Shown one piece after another: positions 19,414 to 28,002 of a stretch of DNA of 64,000 bases. The translations under genes were made by a program, and so were the position numbers. The stretch spans positions 5,089 to 69,088 of the forward strand of contig DASSAL010000107.1 of the NCBI GenBank assembly GCA_035685405.1, given 5' to 3'. Within the stretch, counting starts at the first letter, position 1. The number at the start of each line of letters is the position of its first letter. A model generated the notes under the pieces. It made no database searches. It was not told the origin of the DNA and saw only the letters and a list, made by a program, of their open reading frames with translations. Source of the DNA: Actinoplanes sp. GTDB lineage: Bacteria > Actinomycetota > Actinomycetes > Mycobacteriales > Micromonosporaceae.

Positions 19414-20328
19414 TCAGTCCAGCGCGCCCTTGATCTTGTTCACCACGTTGGCCACGCCCTGTCCGTGGGCACCCGCCCCGGTACCGGGCTTGCCCTTGCC
19501 CATGTCGCCGCCGTAGGTGACGAACAGCTTCGGGTCCGGCGCCGGCCCCAGCGGCTTGTCGTCGGTCAGCGGCTGGGCGTCCGGCACGTACTCGATCTCC
19601 TCGCCGAGCAGCGACTGCCCGCGGGCCCAGCGGCCCTCACCGGCGGTGCTCTCCGGATCGAAGCTGTAGAACGTCCGCCGGGCGAAGTCCTTCTCCTGGT
19701 CGCCGTTGGAGTTCTCGATTCCGCTCTCGGTGAACCCGTCTTCGATCAGCTGCTCGATGCCGAGCAGCCACTGCTGCTGGTGGTAGGTGTCGCGGGCCAG
19801 GTTGAACTGCAGCATGTCCTTGACCCCGCGGTCGTCGGTCATGGTGTAGATCCGGCTGGTCTGCAGGCGGCTCTGCGCCTCGGCGGCGACGTTGGACCGG
19901 AAGTCGGCCAGCAGGTTGCCGCTGGCCACGATGTAGCCGGCGGTCCACGGCACGCCCTGGCTGTTGGTCGGCATCGGCCCGCCGCCGGTGACGATCGCGT
20001 GCTGCGGGTTCTGTCCGCCGAGCACCGCTGCGAGCAATGGATTCGCCGCGGCCGCCTTCTCGGTGGCCTCGGCCGGCGCACCCTCCAGCAGGCGGGCCAG
20101 CATGGTGGTGAGCATCTCGACGTGACCGATCTCCTCGGTCGCGATGTCCATGATCATGTCTTTGTACTTGCCGGGCACCCGGCAGGACCACCCCTGCCAC
20201 AGGTACTGCATCATCACGGTCATCTCGCCGAACTGGCCACCGATCAGTTCCTGCAGCTTCGCGGCGAAGAACGCATCGGGCTTCTCCGGCTTGGCCTGGA
20301 ACTGCAGATAGTCGACGTGCTTGAACAT
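19414..20328 (-). CDS. Manganese catalase family protein (copy 1)
   Basis: LQELIGGQFGEMT, ATEEIGHVEML, ASGNLLADF, ARDTYHQ. Confidence 0.93.
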   Translation of the reverse strand: MFKHVDYLQFQAKPEKPDAFFAAKLQELIGGQFGEMTVMMQYLWQGWSCRVPGKYKDMIMDIATEEIGHVEMLTTMLARLLEGAPAEATEKAAAANPLLAAVLGGQNPQHAIVTGGGPMPTNSQGVPWTAGYIVASGNLLADFRSNVAAEAQSRLQTSRIYTMTDDRGVKDMLQFNLARDTYHQQQWLLGIEQLIEDGFTESGIENSNGDQEKDFARRTFYSFDPESTAGEGRWARGQSLLGEEIEYVPDAQPLTDDKPLGPAPDPKLFVTYGGDMGKGKPGTGAGAHGQGVANVVNKIKGALD

Positions 20329-20439
20329 CAAGACCTCCAGAATGATCGGTACGGCACGTCGGATGGCTACCCGCCGCCATGGCCCGCCCGGGTCAGCCGA
20401 TGGCCCGTCCGTGTCAGCTTGGGCGGGCATTCGCCGGTC

Positions 20440-21180
20440 ATGAATCGACTGCTGCGGATGCCGGGCCTGCTGATCGGCCTCGGCCTGGGTGGCTTCCTGG
20501 ACGGGATCGTGTTGCACCAGGTGCTCCAGTGGCACCACATGGTGTCCGCCGTTCGGTCCCCGGACACCCTGCCGGGCCTGCGGATCAATACCCTGGGTGA
20601 CGGTCTCTTCCACGTCGTCACGTGGCTGTTCGTGTTGTCCGGGATAGCGATGCTCTCCACCCGGGTGACCCGCGACCGCGGCCGGGCATGGCGCTCGGCG
20701 ACGCTGTGGGCGGTGCTCGACCAGGTGGCCGCGGCGGCCAAGGGGTTGGCCGCACCGGACGACCGTCCGTTACCGCTGCGCCGGGTGTTGCCGTCGGTCA
20801 CCGCGGTGGTGCCGTCCGGCCGGGTGTCGCTGTCGGTGACCGACGCGGCCGCGCGCTGCCTGGTCCGGCCGCGACATCTCCGGCAGGTGCTGATCAACCT
20901 GCTCACCAACGCGGAACGGCACGCGCCGTCCGGCACCGCCATCCGCCTGACCGGGCGTACCCGGTGGAACCGGCTGCACCGGACCGTCGCGGATCAGGGC
21001 GCACCGACCACCGGCCTGACCCGGGCGCTGCGCCGCACCACCCCGCCGGCCGACGACAACGGCCTCGGACTGTGGCTGGTCCGGCATCTGGTCGCGGCGC
21101 AGGGCGGAACGTTACGGGCGCGCGCCCTCGTGCCGTACGGGCTGGCCATGGAGCTGAACCTGCCGCGCCGGATACGTTGA
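20440..21180 (+). CDS. Chimeric ORF: truncated DUF2243 membrane domain fused to an HATPase_c fragment (possible pseudogene)
   Basis: GLGLGGFLDGIVLHQVLQWHHM..DGLFH, then LRQVLINLLTNAERHA, VADQG, GLGLWLVRHLVAAQGG. Confidence 0.65.
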   Translation: MNRLLRMPGLLIGLGLGGFLDGIVLHQVLQWHHMVSAVRSPDTLPGLRINTLGDGLFHVVTWLFVLSGIAMLSTRVTRDRGRAWRSATLWAVLDQVAAAAKGLAAPDDRPLPLRRVLPSVTAVVPSGRVSLSVTDAAARCLVRPRHLRQVLINLLTNAERHAPSGTAIRLTGRTRWNRLHRTVADQGAPTTGLTRALRRTTPPADDNGLGLWLVRHLVAAQGGTLRARALVPYGLAMELNLPRRIR

Positions 21181-21238
21181 CCCGCCCGGGCCAGCCGATG
21201 GCCCCGGCAGGTCGCCGCTCGCGGGCATCTCCGAAGGC

Positions 21239-22021
21239 ATGTTCCGCCATATCAAGGACCTGCAGTTCGAGGCCAAGCCGGACGGCCCGGACGCCGCATT
21301 CGCCCGGCGCCTGCAGGACGCACTGGGCGGACGATGGGGTGAGCTGACGCTGGCACACCAGTACCTCTTCCAGGGCTGGACATGCCGGCTGCCCGGCAAG
21401 TACAAGAATCTCCTGCTCGACGTGGGCACCGAGGAGCTGGCGCACGTGGAGATGATCTCCACGATGATCGCCCGGCTGTTGCAGGACGCCCCGGTCACCC
21501 TGCTCGAAGCGGCCGCCGATCAGAATCCGGTGCTGGCCGCGGCGTACGGCGGCGCGAACCCGGCCCACTTCGTCCAGGCCGGCGGCGGCGCGCTGCCGAT
21601 GGACGGCAACGGTGTGCCGTGGACCGGCGGGTACGTGACGGCCAGCGGCAACCTGATGGCCGACTTCCACGTCAACGTGACCGCCGAGGCGCAGAGCCGG
21701 CTCCAGCTCGCCCGGTTGTTCCACATGACCGACGACCCGGGCGTCAAGCAGATGCTGCGCTTCCTGATCGCCCGGGACAGCATGCACCAGCGCGCGTGGC
21801 TGGCCGCCATCGAGGAGCTGAAGGCCGACGGCATCGACGACATGCCGGTACCGGAGGCGTTCCCGGACGCCGCGGCCGATCTGGACGACGCCACCATCCG
21901 GCTCGGCTTCTCGGCCGGCGGCTCGGCGGACGACTGGGCCTTCCGGTACGACCCCGATCCGCAGCCCCGGGCGGCGGCACCCAACCTGCCGGCCGGTGAT
22001 CCCCGGCTGTACTGCTCCTGA
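21239..22021 (+). CDS. Manganese catalase family protein (copy 2)
   Basis: GGRWGELT, GTEELAHVEM, ASGNLMADF, ARDSMHQ. Confidence 0.92.
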   Translation: MFRHIKDLQFEAKPDGPDAAFARRLQDALGGRWGELTLAHQYLFQGWTCRLPGKYKNLLLDVGTEELAHVEMISTMIARLLQDAPVTLLEAAADQNPVLAAAYGGANPAHFVQAGGGALPMDGNGVPWTGGYVTASGNLMADFHVNVTAEAQSRLQLARLFHMTDDPGVKQMLRFLIARDSMHQRAWLAAIEELKADGIDDMPVPEAFPDAAADLDDATIRLGFSAGGSADDWAFRYDPDPQPRAAAPNLPAGDPRLYCS

Positions 22022-22032
22022 AGGGACACCTC

Positions 22033-22233
22033 ATGCTGTTCGCGCTCGTCACCCGGACCGTCATCGCCGGTGCATACCTGATGGGCCTGCTGTGGCCGGG
22101 CCTGTTCGACACGCTGGCGGCCCTGCTCGCCGCGGCCGTGGTGCTGATCTGGGCGGCGCCCCTGATCCGTTCCGTGATGCGCCCGCGTACCGTCGTGACT
22201 AATTCACCTTCCCCGATTTCAATGGAGTCATGA
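22033..22233 (+). CDS. Small hydrophobic membrane protein
   Basis: AAGGGA RBS, two hydrophobic stretches, ATGA overlap with the next gene. Confidence 0.5.
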   Translation: MLFALVTRTVIAGAYLMGLLWPGLFDTLAALLAAAVVLIWAAPLIRSVMRPRTVVTNSPSPISMES

Positions 22234-23438
22234 CTCCCCCTCATGGCGTCCACCGTCGTACCGTTCTCGGCGCGAGCGCCGGCGGTCTCCTTGTGCTGGC
22301 GGCCGCGCCCGGGTCCGCGCGGGCCGTGACCACCGGCCGGGCCGTGGACGGCCGGCCCACCCGGGCGGCCGGCGCGTCCCGTGTCTCGGCGATCAGCCAG
22401 GGCACCACCCTGGTCCACGCCGACCTGCACAACCACACCTTGATGTCGGACGGCGACGGCGACCCGGCGCTGGCCTTCGCCTCGATGCGGGATGCCGGGC
22501 TGGACGTGGCGGCGCTGACCGACCACACCACGTTGTTCTCCATCAACGGGCTCAGCCGCTCCGAGTGGAACCGCACCCAGCAGCTCGCCGACGCCGCCGA
22601 CGACCCGGGAACGTTCACCGCGATCCGCGGGTTCGAGTGGTCGCACCCGCTGCTCGGCCACGTCAACGTCTGGTTCTCCGGCGATTTCGCCGACCTCGGC
22701 CGGGCCGGCAGCATGGGCAGCCTGTACGACTGGATCCAGGGCTCGAACGGCGTCAGCGGGTTCAACCACCCGGGCCGTGAGGTGTTTCGGTTCGACAACT
22801 TCCGGTTCCGGGCCGGGATGCGCGAGCAGATGGTCGGGCTGGAGATGTTCAACCGCGGCGACGACTATCTCTTCGACGGCTGGTCGAGCGGCCAGTCGTC
22901 GCCGCTGAACACCTGCCTGAACGCCGGCTGGCGGACCGGGCTCACCGGGGTCACCGACGAACACGGCGCCTCCTGGGGCTTCCCGGAGGGCAAGGGGCGC
23001 ACCGGGCTGTGGGTGGCCGAGAACACCCGCGGCGGGGTGCTGGCGGCGATGCGGGCCCGGCAGTTCTTCGCCACCCGGGTCTCCGGCCTGCGGCTGGACG
23101 CGACCGCGAACGGCGTACGGATGGGTGGGGTGGTGCCGATCGCCAGCGGTGACGTGCGGTTCGCGCTGGACCTCGACCGGGGTCCGGACTGGCTGGACAA
23201 GCCACTGGAGGTACAGGTCCTGCGGCCCGGGTCGCGGGCACCGGCAGTGGCCGACCTGATCGAGACGGCGGCCGGCCGGGTCACCGAGTTCACCGTGCCG
23301 CTCGATGTCGCGGACGGCGCCTGGGTGGTGCTGCGCATCGCCGACCCGACCCAGGCGAACGCGTCGCCGGGCCCGTCCGGCCACCCGGCCAACAACTGGG
23401 GAGTGGCGTACTCCAGCCCGTGGTGGCTGACACCGTGA
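22230..23438 (+). CDS. Tat-secreted PHP-domain metallohydrolase (CehA/McbA-like)
   Basis: HRRTVL twin-arginine signal, DLHNHT..SDG, LTDH, GHVN, FNHP, DEH, SSPWW. Confidence 0.85.
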   Translation: MTPPHGVHRRTVLGASAGGLLVLAAAPGSARAVTTGRAVDGRPTRAAGASRVSAISQGTTLVHADLHNHTLMSDGDGDPALAFASMRDAGLDVAALTDHTTLFSINGLSRSEWNRTQQLADAADDPGTFTAIRGFEWSHPLLGHVNVWFSGDFADLGRAGSMGSLYDWIQGSNGVSGFNHPGREVFRFDNFRFRAGMREQMVGLEMFNRGDDYLFDGWSSGQSSPLNTCLNAGWRTGLTGVTDEHGASWGFPEGKGRTGLWVAENTRGGVLAAMRARQFFATRVSGLRLDATANGVRMGGVVPIASGDVRFALDLDRGPDWLDKPLEVQVLRPGSRAPAVADLIETAAGRVTEFTVPLDVADGAWVVLRIADPTQANASPGPSGHPANNWGVAYSSPWWLTP

Positions 23439-23502
23439 GGAGCGCGCGATCCGCTGGTCGGCCCGCGCGGTGCAGGCGACCTCGCGACTGGCCCCGGCGT
23501 TG

Positions 23503-23673
23503 TCACCCGACCCGCTGCACCGCGGTGCCGATCAGGTCGCGCACCAGCTTCTCCGAGCCGCCCGTGGCCTCCCACCCCAGGTCGGCCACCACCACGATGG
23601 CGTCGTCCACCCGGGCCAGCGCCGCGTAGGAGCTGACCGTCTTCGGCTCCTCGTCCGAGTAGCTGATCCGCTC
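23503..23673 (-). pseudogene. 3' remnant of a gene with no start codon
   Basis: GC3-rich frame ERISYSDEEPKTVSSYAALARVDDAIVVVADLGWE...VQRVG*, with no plausible start after the upstream in-frame stop. Confidence 0.5.
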
Positions 23674-23676
23674 GCC

Positions 23677-23936
23677 GGCTTGCGAGCCGAAGTGGAGGAC
23701 TGCGCCTCCTTCCCGCCGAGGTTCGGCGGCGAGCAGACTCGCTGCGCATCGTCCAGGACGGCTTCGCCACCGCGGACGAGTCCTTCGTCGTCGAGGTGCG
23801 ATCGGCCGACCGCGTCGGACGTCACGCGTTCGTGCGGCACGGTTCCCTGGTCACCGAGGTGGTGACGGACCCGGCCACGGAGGCGGACACGCTGCGGATC
23901 GGGCGCGCCGCGGCTGATCGCCTCCGCGCGGCCTGA
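23677..23936 (+). pseudogene. Frameshifted 3' gene remnant
   Basis: LRAEVEDCASFP..., frameshift near 23737, then SLRIVQDGFATADESFVVEV...HAFVRHGSLVTEVV...AADRLRAA*. Confidence 0.45.
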
Positions 23937-23941
23937 GTGAC

Positions 23942-25453
23942 CTAGCCCTTGCCCTTTCCCCCGCCTTTGCCACTGCCGCTACCACTGCCGCTGCCCTTGC
24001 CCTTGCCGCTGCCCTTGCCGCTGCTCTGGGCCTTCCCCTTGCCGCTGTTGTCGGACTTCGCCACGGGCGCCGGCTTGCCGCCGGTGCCGGTGCCGGTGGC
24101 ACGGGGGGCGGGTGTGGCGGTGCGGCCGGCCACGGACATCTGGGCGTCGCATACGGCGCCGTTCAGGGTGAACTCGGCCGGCAACGTGGTCGCGCCGGCG
24201 TAGCTCGCGTCGAATCCGGTGGACACCCGCCCACCGGCCGGCAGGTCGGATCCGCTGACCTGCAGGGTGTGGCCGTCCTGCGCCCAACCGGGCTGCCAGC
24301 CGCGGACCAGCTTCTGCCCGTCCGGCAGGCTGAACGCCAGCTCCCAGGTGTCCGCCGGGACGGTGCCGGTGTTGGCGATGGTGACCGCCGTGGACAGGCG
24401 GCCGTTGGTGGCGCTGCGGATGACGTACCCGACCGCGCATTCCAGAGCGGCTGCCGGGGCAGCGGCCGCCGGGGCCTCGGTCAGCGCGGTCACGTCCGCC
24501 GGACCGGCGCGTCCGCCCACCCACACGACACCGGCGACGGCGATGGCCACCACCAGCGCGGCGGTCGCCACCAGCGGGCGCCGGAGCCGGCGGTGGACCG
24601 GGACGGGCAGCGGCGCGGTCGGTGCGTCCAGCGCGGCGAGCAGCGGCGTCCGGGACAGCCCGGCGACCTCGGACAGGATCCGCGCCGCCTCGGCCGCGCT
24701 CGGGCGGTCGGCCGGGTCCTTGGCCGTGCATCGGCGGCACAGGTCGGCCACGTCGAACGGCAGGCCGAGCACCGGGGGCAGGATGTCCGGCTCCAGGTAA
24801 CGGTGCGCGGTCAGCATCTCCGTGGTGGTCGACGCCGTCCACGGCAGGCGACCGGCCAGGGTGAGGTAGAGCAGCAGGCCCAGGGCGTACACGTCGGTGG
24901 CCGGGCGGACGACACCGCCGCGCAGCCGTTCCGGTGCCAGGTAGGCCGGCGTGCCGAACACCTCGCCGCCCACGCCGTCGGCTTCACCGACGGTGGCCGA
25001 GATGCCGAAGTCGACGAGCTTCACGCCGTCCGGGGTGACCATGACGTTGCTGGGTTTGACGTCGCGGTGCACGATGCCGCACTGATGTGCGGCGGCCAGC
25101 GCGGTCGCCACCTGGGCGCAGATCGTCACCGCGGTCGGCCAGGGCAGGGCGCCGTCGCGCAGCACGGTGGCCAGCGAGTGGCCGTCCACCAGCTCCATCA
25201 CGACGTACGGGACGCCGTCCTCGGTCTCGCCGTAGTCGTACACCGCGATCACGTGCGGATGGCACAACCGGGCCGCGGACCGCGCCTCGAACTGGATCCG
25301 CTGGGTCAGGTCCGGGTCGGCGTGGTCGGTGTCCAGCACCTTGATCGCCACTTCCCGGTCGAGCACCCGGTCGTGGGCACGCCAGACCTCCGACATGCCG
25401 CCGGCCCCGAGCCGGTCGAGCAGTCGGTAGCGGCCCGCCAGCTCGCGAATCAT
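23942..25453 (-). CDS. Hanks-type Ser/Thr protein kinase with TM helix and C-terminal CBM2-like domain
   Basis: GAGGMS, VAIK, HRDVKPSN, DFG, YLAPE; after the TM: C...VTIANTG..WELAFSLPDGQ...GW...GF...FTLNGAVC; Gly/Lys tail. Confidence 0.92.
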   Translation of the reverse strand: MIRELAGRYRLLDRLGAGGMSEVWRAHDRVLDREVAIKVLDTDHADPDLTQRIQFEARSAARLCHPHVIAVYDYGETEDGVPYVVMELVDGHSLATVLRDGALPWPTAVTICAQVATALAAAHQCGIVHRDVKPSNVMVTPDGVKLVDFGISATVGEADGVGGEVFGTPAYLAPERLRGGVVRPATDVYALGLLLYLTLAGRLPWTASTTTEMLTAHRYLEPDILPPVLGLPFDVADLCRRCTAKDPADRPSAAEAARILSEVAGLSRTPLLAALDAPTAPLPVPVHRRLRRPLVATAALVVAIAVAGVVWVGGRAGPADVTALTEAPAAAAPAAALECAVGYVIRSATNGRLSTAVTIANTGTVPADTWELAFSLPDGQKLVRGWQPGWAQDGHTLQVSGSDLPAGGRVSTGFDASYAGATTLPAEFTLNGAVCDAQMSVAGRTATPAPRATGTGTGGKPAPVAKSDNSGKGKAQSSGKGSGKGKGSGSGSGSGKGGGKGKG

Positions 25454-25523
25454 GGAATCTCCCGATGCCCGCTCCGAGGCTAGCCAAAACGCCGGGCCGG
25501 CACTTGATCGACGCGGGCACTCG

Positions 25524-26372
25524 TTACGGCATGGTTACGCCGCGATCCTCCCTGGACGACGACAGAGGTACGCCGGTAGACGTCGCCGACCGCAGCAGCC
25601 GATCCAGCGCGTCCGCCATCTCGCCGGCCGGCCAGGTGTGCCCGGAGCCGGGCACCTCGACCCGTCGCGCCTGCGCCAGATTGGCCACCAGAGAATCGGC
25701 GGCGGCTTGGAAGAACTCGGGCGCGTCCCGGCCCAGCAGCACGTACACCGGCCTGGTGACGGATCGCCACAGGTCCCGGCGCGGCGTCGACTGGGTCCAG
25801 GCCAGCGCCTCCGCGTCGGCCTGGACGGTGGGTGCCATCCGGGCGAACAGCGGCCAGTGTGCGCCGTCGCGCATCGCCCGGAACCACTCCGGCGGCATGT
25901 CCGCCATGAAGTGGGCGAGGATCGCCTCCGGATCACCGCCGGCGATCACCGGGCGCAGCTCGGCCAGATAGTCGGCGCCATCGGTGCCGTTCTCTTCGCC
26001 GAGCGGCGCCTCCCAGAGCAGCAGGCCGCGGACGCCCGGGTCCGCCGCGGCCACCGCCAACGCGATGGCGGCGCCGGACGAACTCCCGTACAGGGTCGCT
26101 TGGCCGCCGTGCGCGGCGATCAGCGCCCGTACCGCGGCCACCTCGCCGGCCAGCGTGAACGGCGGGTCTCCGCCGCTGTCGCCGCGGCCCGGCCGGTCAT
26201 AGTGGATCACCGTCCAGCCGTGCTCGCCGAGCCGGTCGGTCAGCTCGGCGGTCGCCGGGTCGACCGCCCGGAACTGGCCCGCGCCCCCGATCAGGATCAC
26301 CACCGGGCCGGTTCCCCGCCGGTCGTACGCGATGTTCATGCCGTTCTCGGTCTTGAGGTATTCGTCGGTCAC
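25524..26372 (-). CDS. Alpha/beta fold hydrolase
   Basis: YDRPGRGDS, nucleophile elbow GSSSG, C-terminal GH. Confidence 0.87.
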   Translation of the reverse strand: MTDEYLKTENGMNIAYDRRGTGPVVILIGGAGQFRAVDPATAELTDRLGEHGWTVIHYDRPGRGDSGGDPPFTLAGEVAAVRALIAAHGGQATLYGSSSGAAIALAVAAADPGVRGLLLWEAPLGEENGTDGADYLAELRPVIAGGDPEAILAHFMADMPPEWFRAMRDGAHWPLFARMAPTVQADAEALAWTQSTPRRDLWRSVTRPVYVLLGRDAPEFFQAAADSLVANLAQARRVEVPGSGHTWPAGEMADALDRLLRSATSTGVPLSSSREDRGVTMP

Positions 26373-26402
26373 GCCGGGACGTCGTCGCCGTGGACCGGAT
26401 TT

Positions 26403-27593
26403 CTACATCTCATCGGCGCGGTCCAGCAGGGCCTTGCGTTCGGCCGGCGCGGTGGCCATGTCCGCCGCCGTGCGGAACAGCAGCTCGGCGCGGAGCCGGT
26501 CACCGTACCGGGCGGTCAGCTCGGCCTCCGCGGCCACCGCGGGCAGGTAACCGTCCAGCCTGCCGCCGGCCCGCGCCTCCCCCAGCAGCTTCAGCCCGGC
26601 CGCCGGGCCGTCGGCGAACCCGTGCGCCACCGCCCGGTTCAGCATGATCACCGGGGATGGCTGGATCCGGACCAGTTCGTCGTACCAGTGCGCGGCGGCC
26701 GGCCAGTCGCTTTCCGCCGCGGCGTGACAGCCCGCGATCCGGGCCTGCAGCACGTACGGACCGTTCGGCAGATCGGCGCGCAGCAGATCGCGCGCCTCGG
26801 CGATCGCCCCGTGGTCCCAGCGTGACCGGTCCTGCCGGTCCAACGTCAGGAGATTGCCCTCGGCGTCATGCCGCGCATTCCGCCGCGAGTGCTGGAACAG
26901 GAACAGCGCCAGCAACCCGGTGATCTCGGGCTGATCCGGCATCAGCCGCCGCAACAGCCGGCCCAGCCGGATCGCCTCCGCGGCGAAGGCCGGCTCACCC
27001 GACGCGTTGTAACCCTGGGTGAACAGCAGGTACAGGACGGCCAGCACACCGGGCAGCCGCTCGGTCAGCGCCGCCCCGCCGGGCACCCGGTACGGGATGC
27101 CGGCCGTCGCGATCTTGGTCTTGGCCCGGGTCAGCCGCCGCGTCATCGTCGACTCACTGACCAGGAACGCCCGCGCGATGTCCCCGGTCGGCACGCCGGC
27201 CACGGTCCGCAGGGTGAGCGCCACCCGGGCCTCCAGCGACAGCGCCGGGTGACAACAGGTGAAGATGAGCCGGAGCCGGTCGTCCACCACGTCCTCCTCC
27301 CCGTCCGGGCGGTCGTCCGGTGGCGCCGCGAGCACCGCCAGCTCGTGCAGCTTGCGACGCTCGACCGAGGCCCGCCGCAGCACGTCCAGGGCCCGGTTCC
27401 GGGCGACCGTCATCAGCCAGCCGCCCGGATTGCCCGGTGTGCCGTCAACCGGCCAGCGCTCGACCGCCAGGGCCAGCGCCTCCTGGGCGCAGTCCTCCGC
27501 CAGGTTCCAGTCGCCGGTGATCCGGATCAGCGTGGCGACGATCCGGCCGTACGAGTCCCGGGCCGCGCCGGCGACCGCCTCGTGGGCGGTCAC
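26403..27593 (-). CDS. ECF sigma factor with long C-terminal extension (ECF42/DUF6596 type)
   Basis: AEDCAQEA, WLMTVARNR, DDRLRLIFTCCHPAL, QDRSRWD, LNRAVA; coupled to a YciI gene. Confidence 0.9.
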   Translation of the reverse strand: MTAHEAVAGAARDSYGRIVATLIRITGDWNLAEDCAQEALALAVERWPVDGTPGNPGGWLMTVARNRALDVLRRASVERRKLHELAVLAAPPDDRPDGEEDVVDDRLRLIFTCCHPALSLEARVALTLRTVAGVPTGDIARAFLVSESTMTRRLTRAKTKIATAGIPYRVPGGAALTERLPGVLAVLYLLFTQGYNASGEPAFAAEAIRLGRLLRRLMPDQPEITGLLALFLFQHSRRNARHDAEGNLLTLDRQDRSRWDHGAIAEARDLLRADLPNGPYVLQARIAGCHAAAESDWPAAAHWYDELVRIQPSPVIMLNRAVAHGFADGPAAGLKLLGEARAGGRLDGYLPAVAAEAELTARYGDRLRAELLFRTAADMATAPAERKALLDRADEM

Positions 27594-27922
27594 GGCAGCG
27601 GGTCGAAGGCCCGCAGCTCGATCCGCCCGCCGTACGCCATCGGATGCCGGCGGGCGATCTCGATGGCCTCGTCGAGGTCGGCACACTCCAGGATGTCGAA
27701 GCCCGCGATGACCTCCTTGGTCTCGGCGAACGGACCATCGGTGATCAACAGCTCGCCGCCGCGGACCCGCACCGTGGTGGCGGTCTCCACCGGGGCCAGC
27801 CGGTCACCCATCACGGCCTTGCCCGAGCCGTACGCCTCACCCACCCAGGTCTCGATGTCGGGCACCTGGGACGCGTCGGTCTCCGGCTCGGTGTCGGTGC
27901 AGACGAACATCATGTACTTCAT
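27590..27922 (-). CDS. YciI/DGPF family protein
   Basis: TDGPFAETKEVIAGF..ADLDEAIEIA. Confidence 0.92.
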   Translation of the reverse strand: MKYMMFVCTDTEPETDASQVPDIETWVGEAYGSGKAVMGDRLAPVETATTVRVRGGELLITDGPFAETKEVIAGFDILECADLDEAIEIARRHPMAYGGRIELRAFDPLP

Positions 27923-28002
27923 GGCTGCGCTCCTTTCGTCAGGCGATGTCACCCCGGTGACGATCGAGGGGCCGGCGACCGGACCGGCCGGCCGGAGGAA
28001 TC

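Noticed and set aside
19387..20439. N-terminal 350 aa of the 597-aa ORF
   Set aside because: It is antisense to Mn-catalase copy 1; the coding signal begins at ATG 20440.
23945..24045. GCCCTT/GCCGCT short tandem repeats as a possible array
   Set aside because: They encode the Gly/Lys/Ser tail of the kinase and have no repeat-spacer structure.
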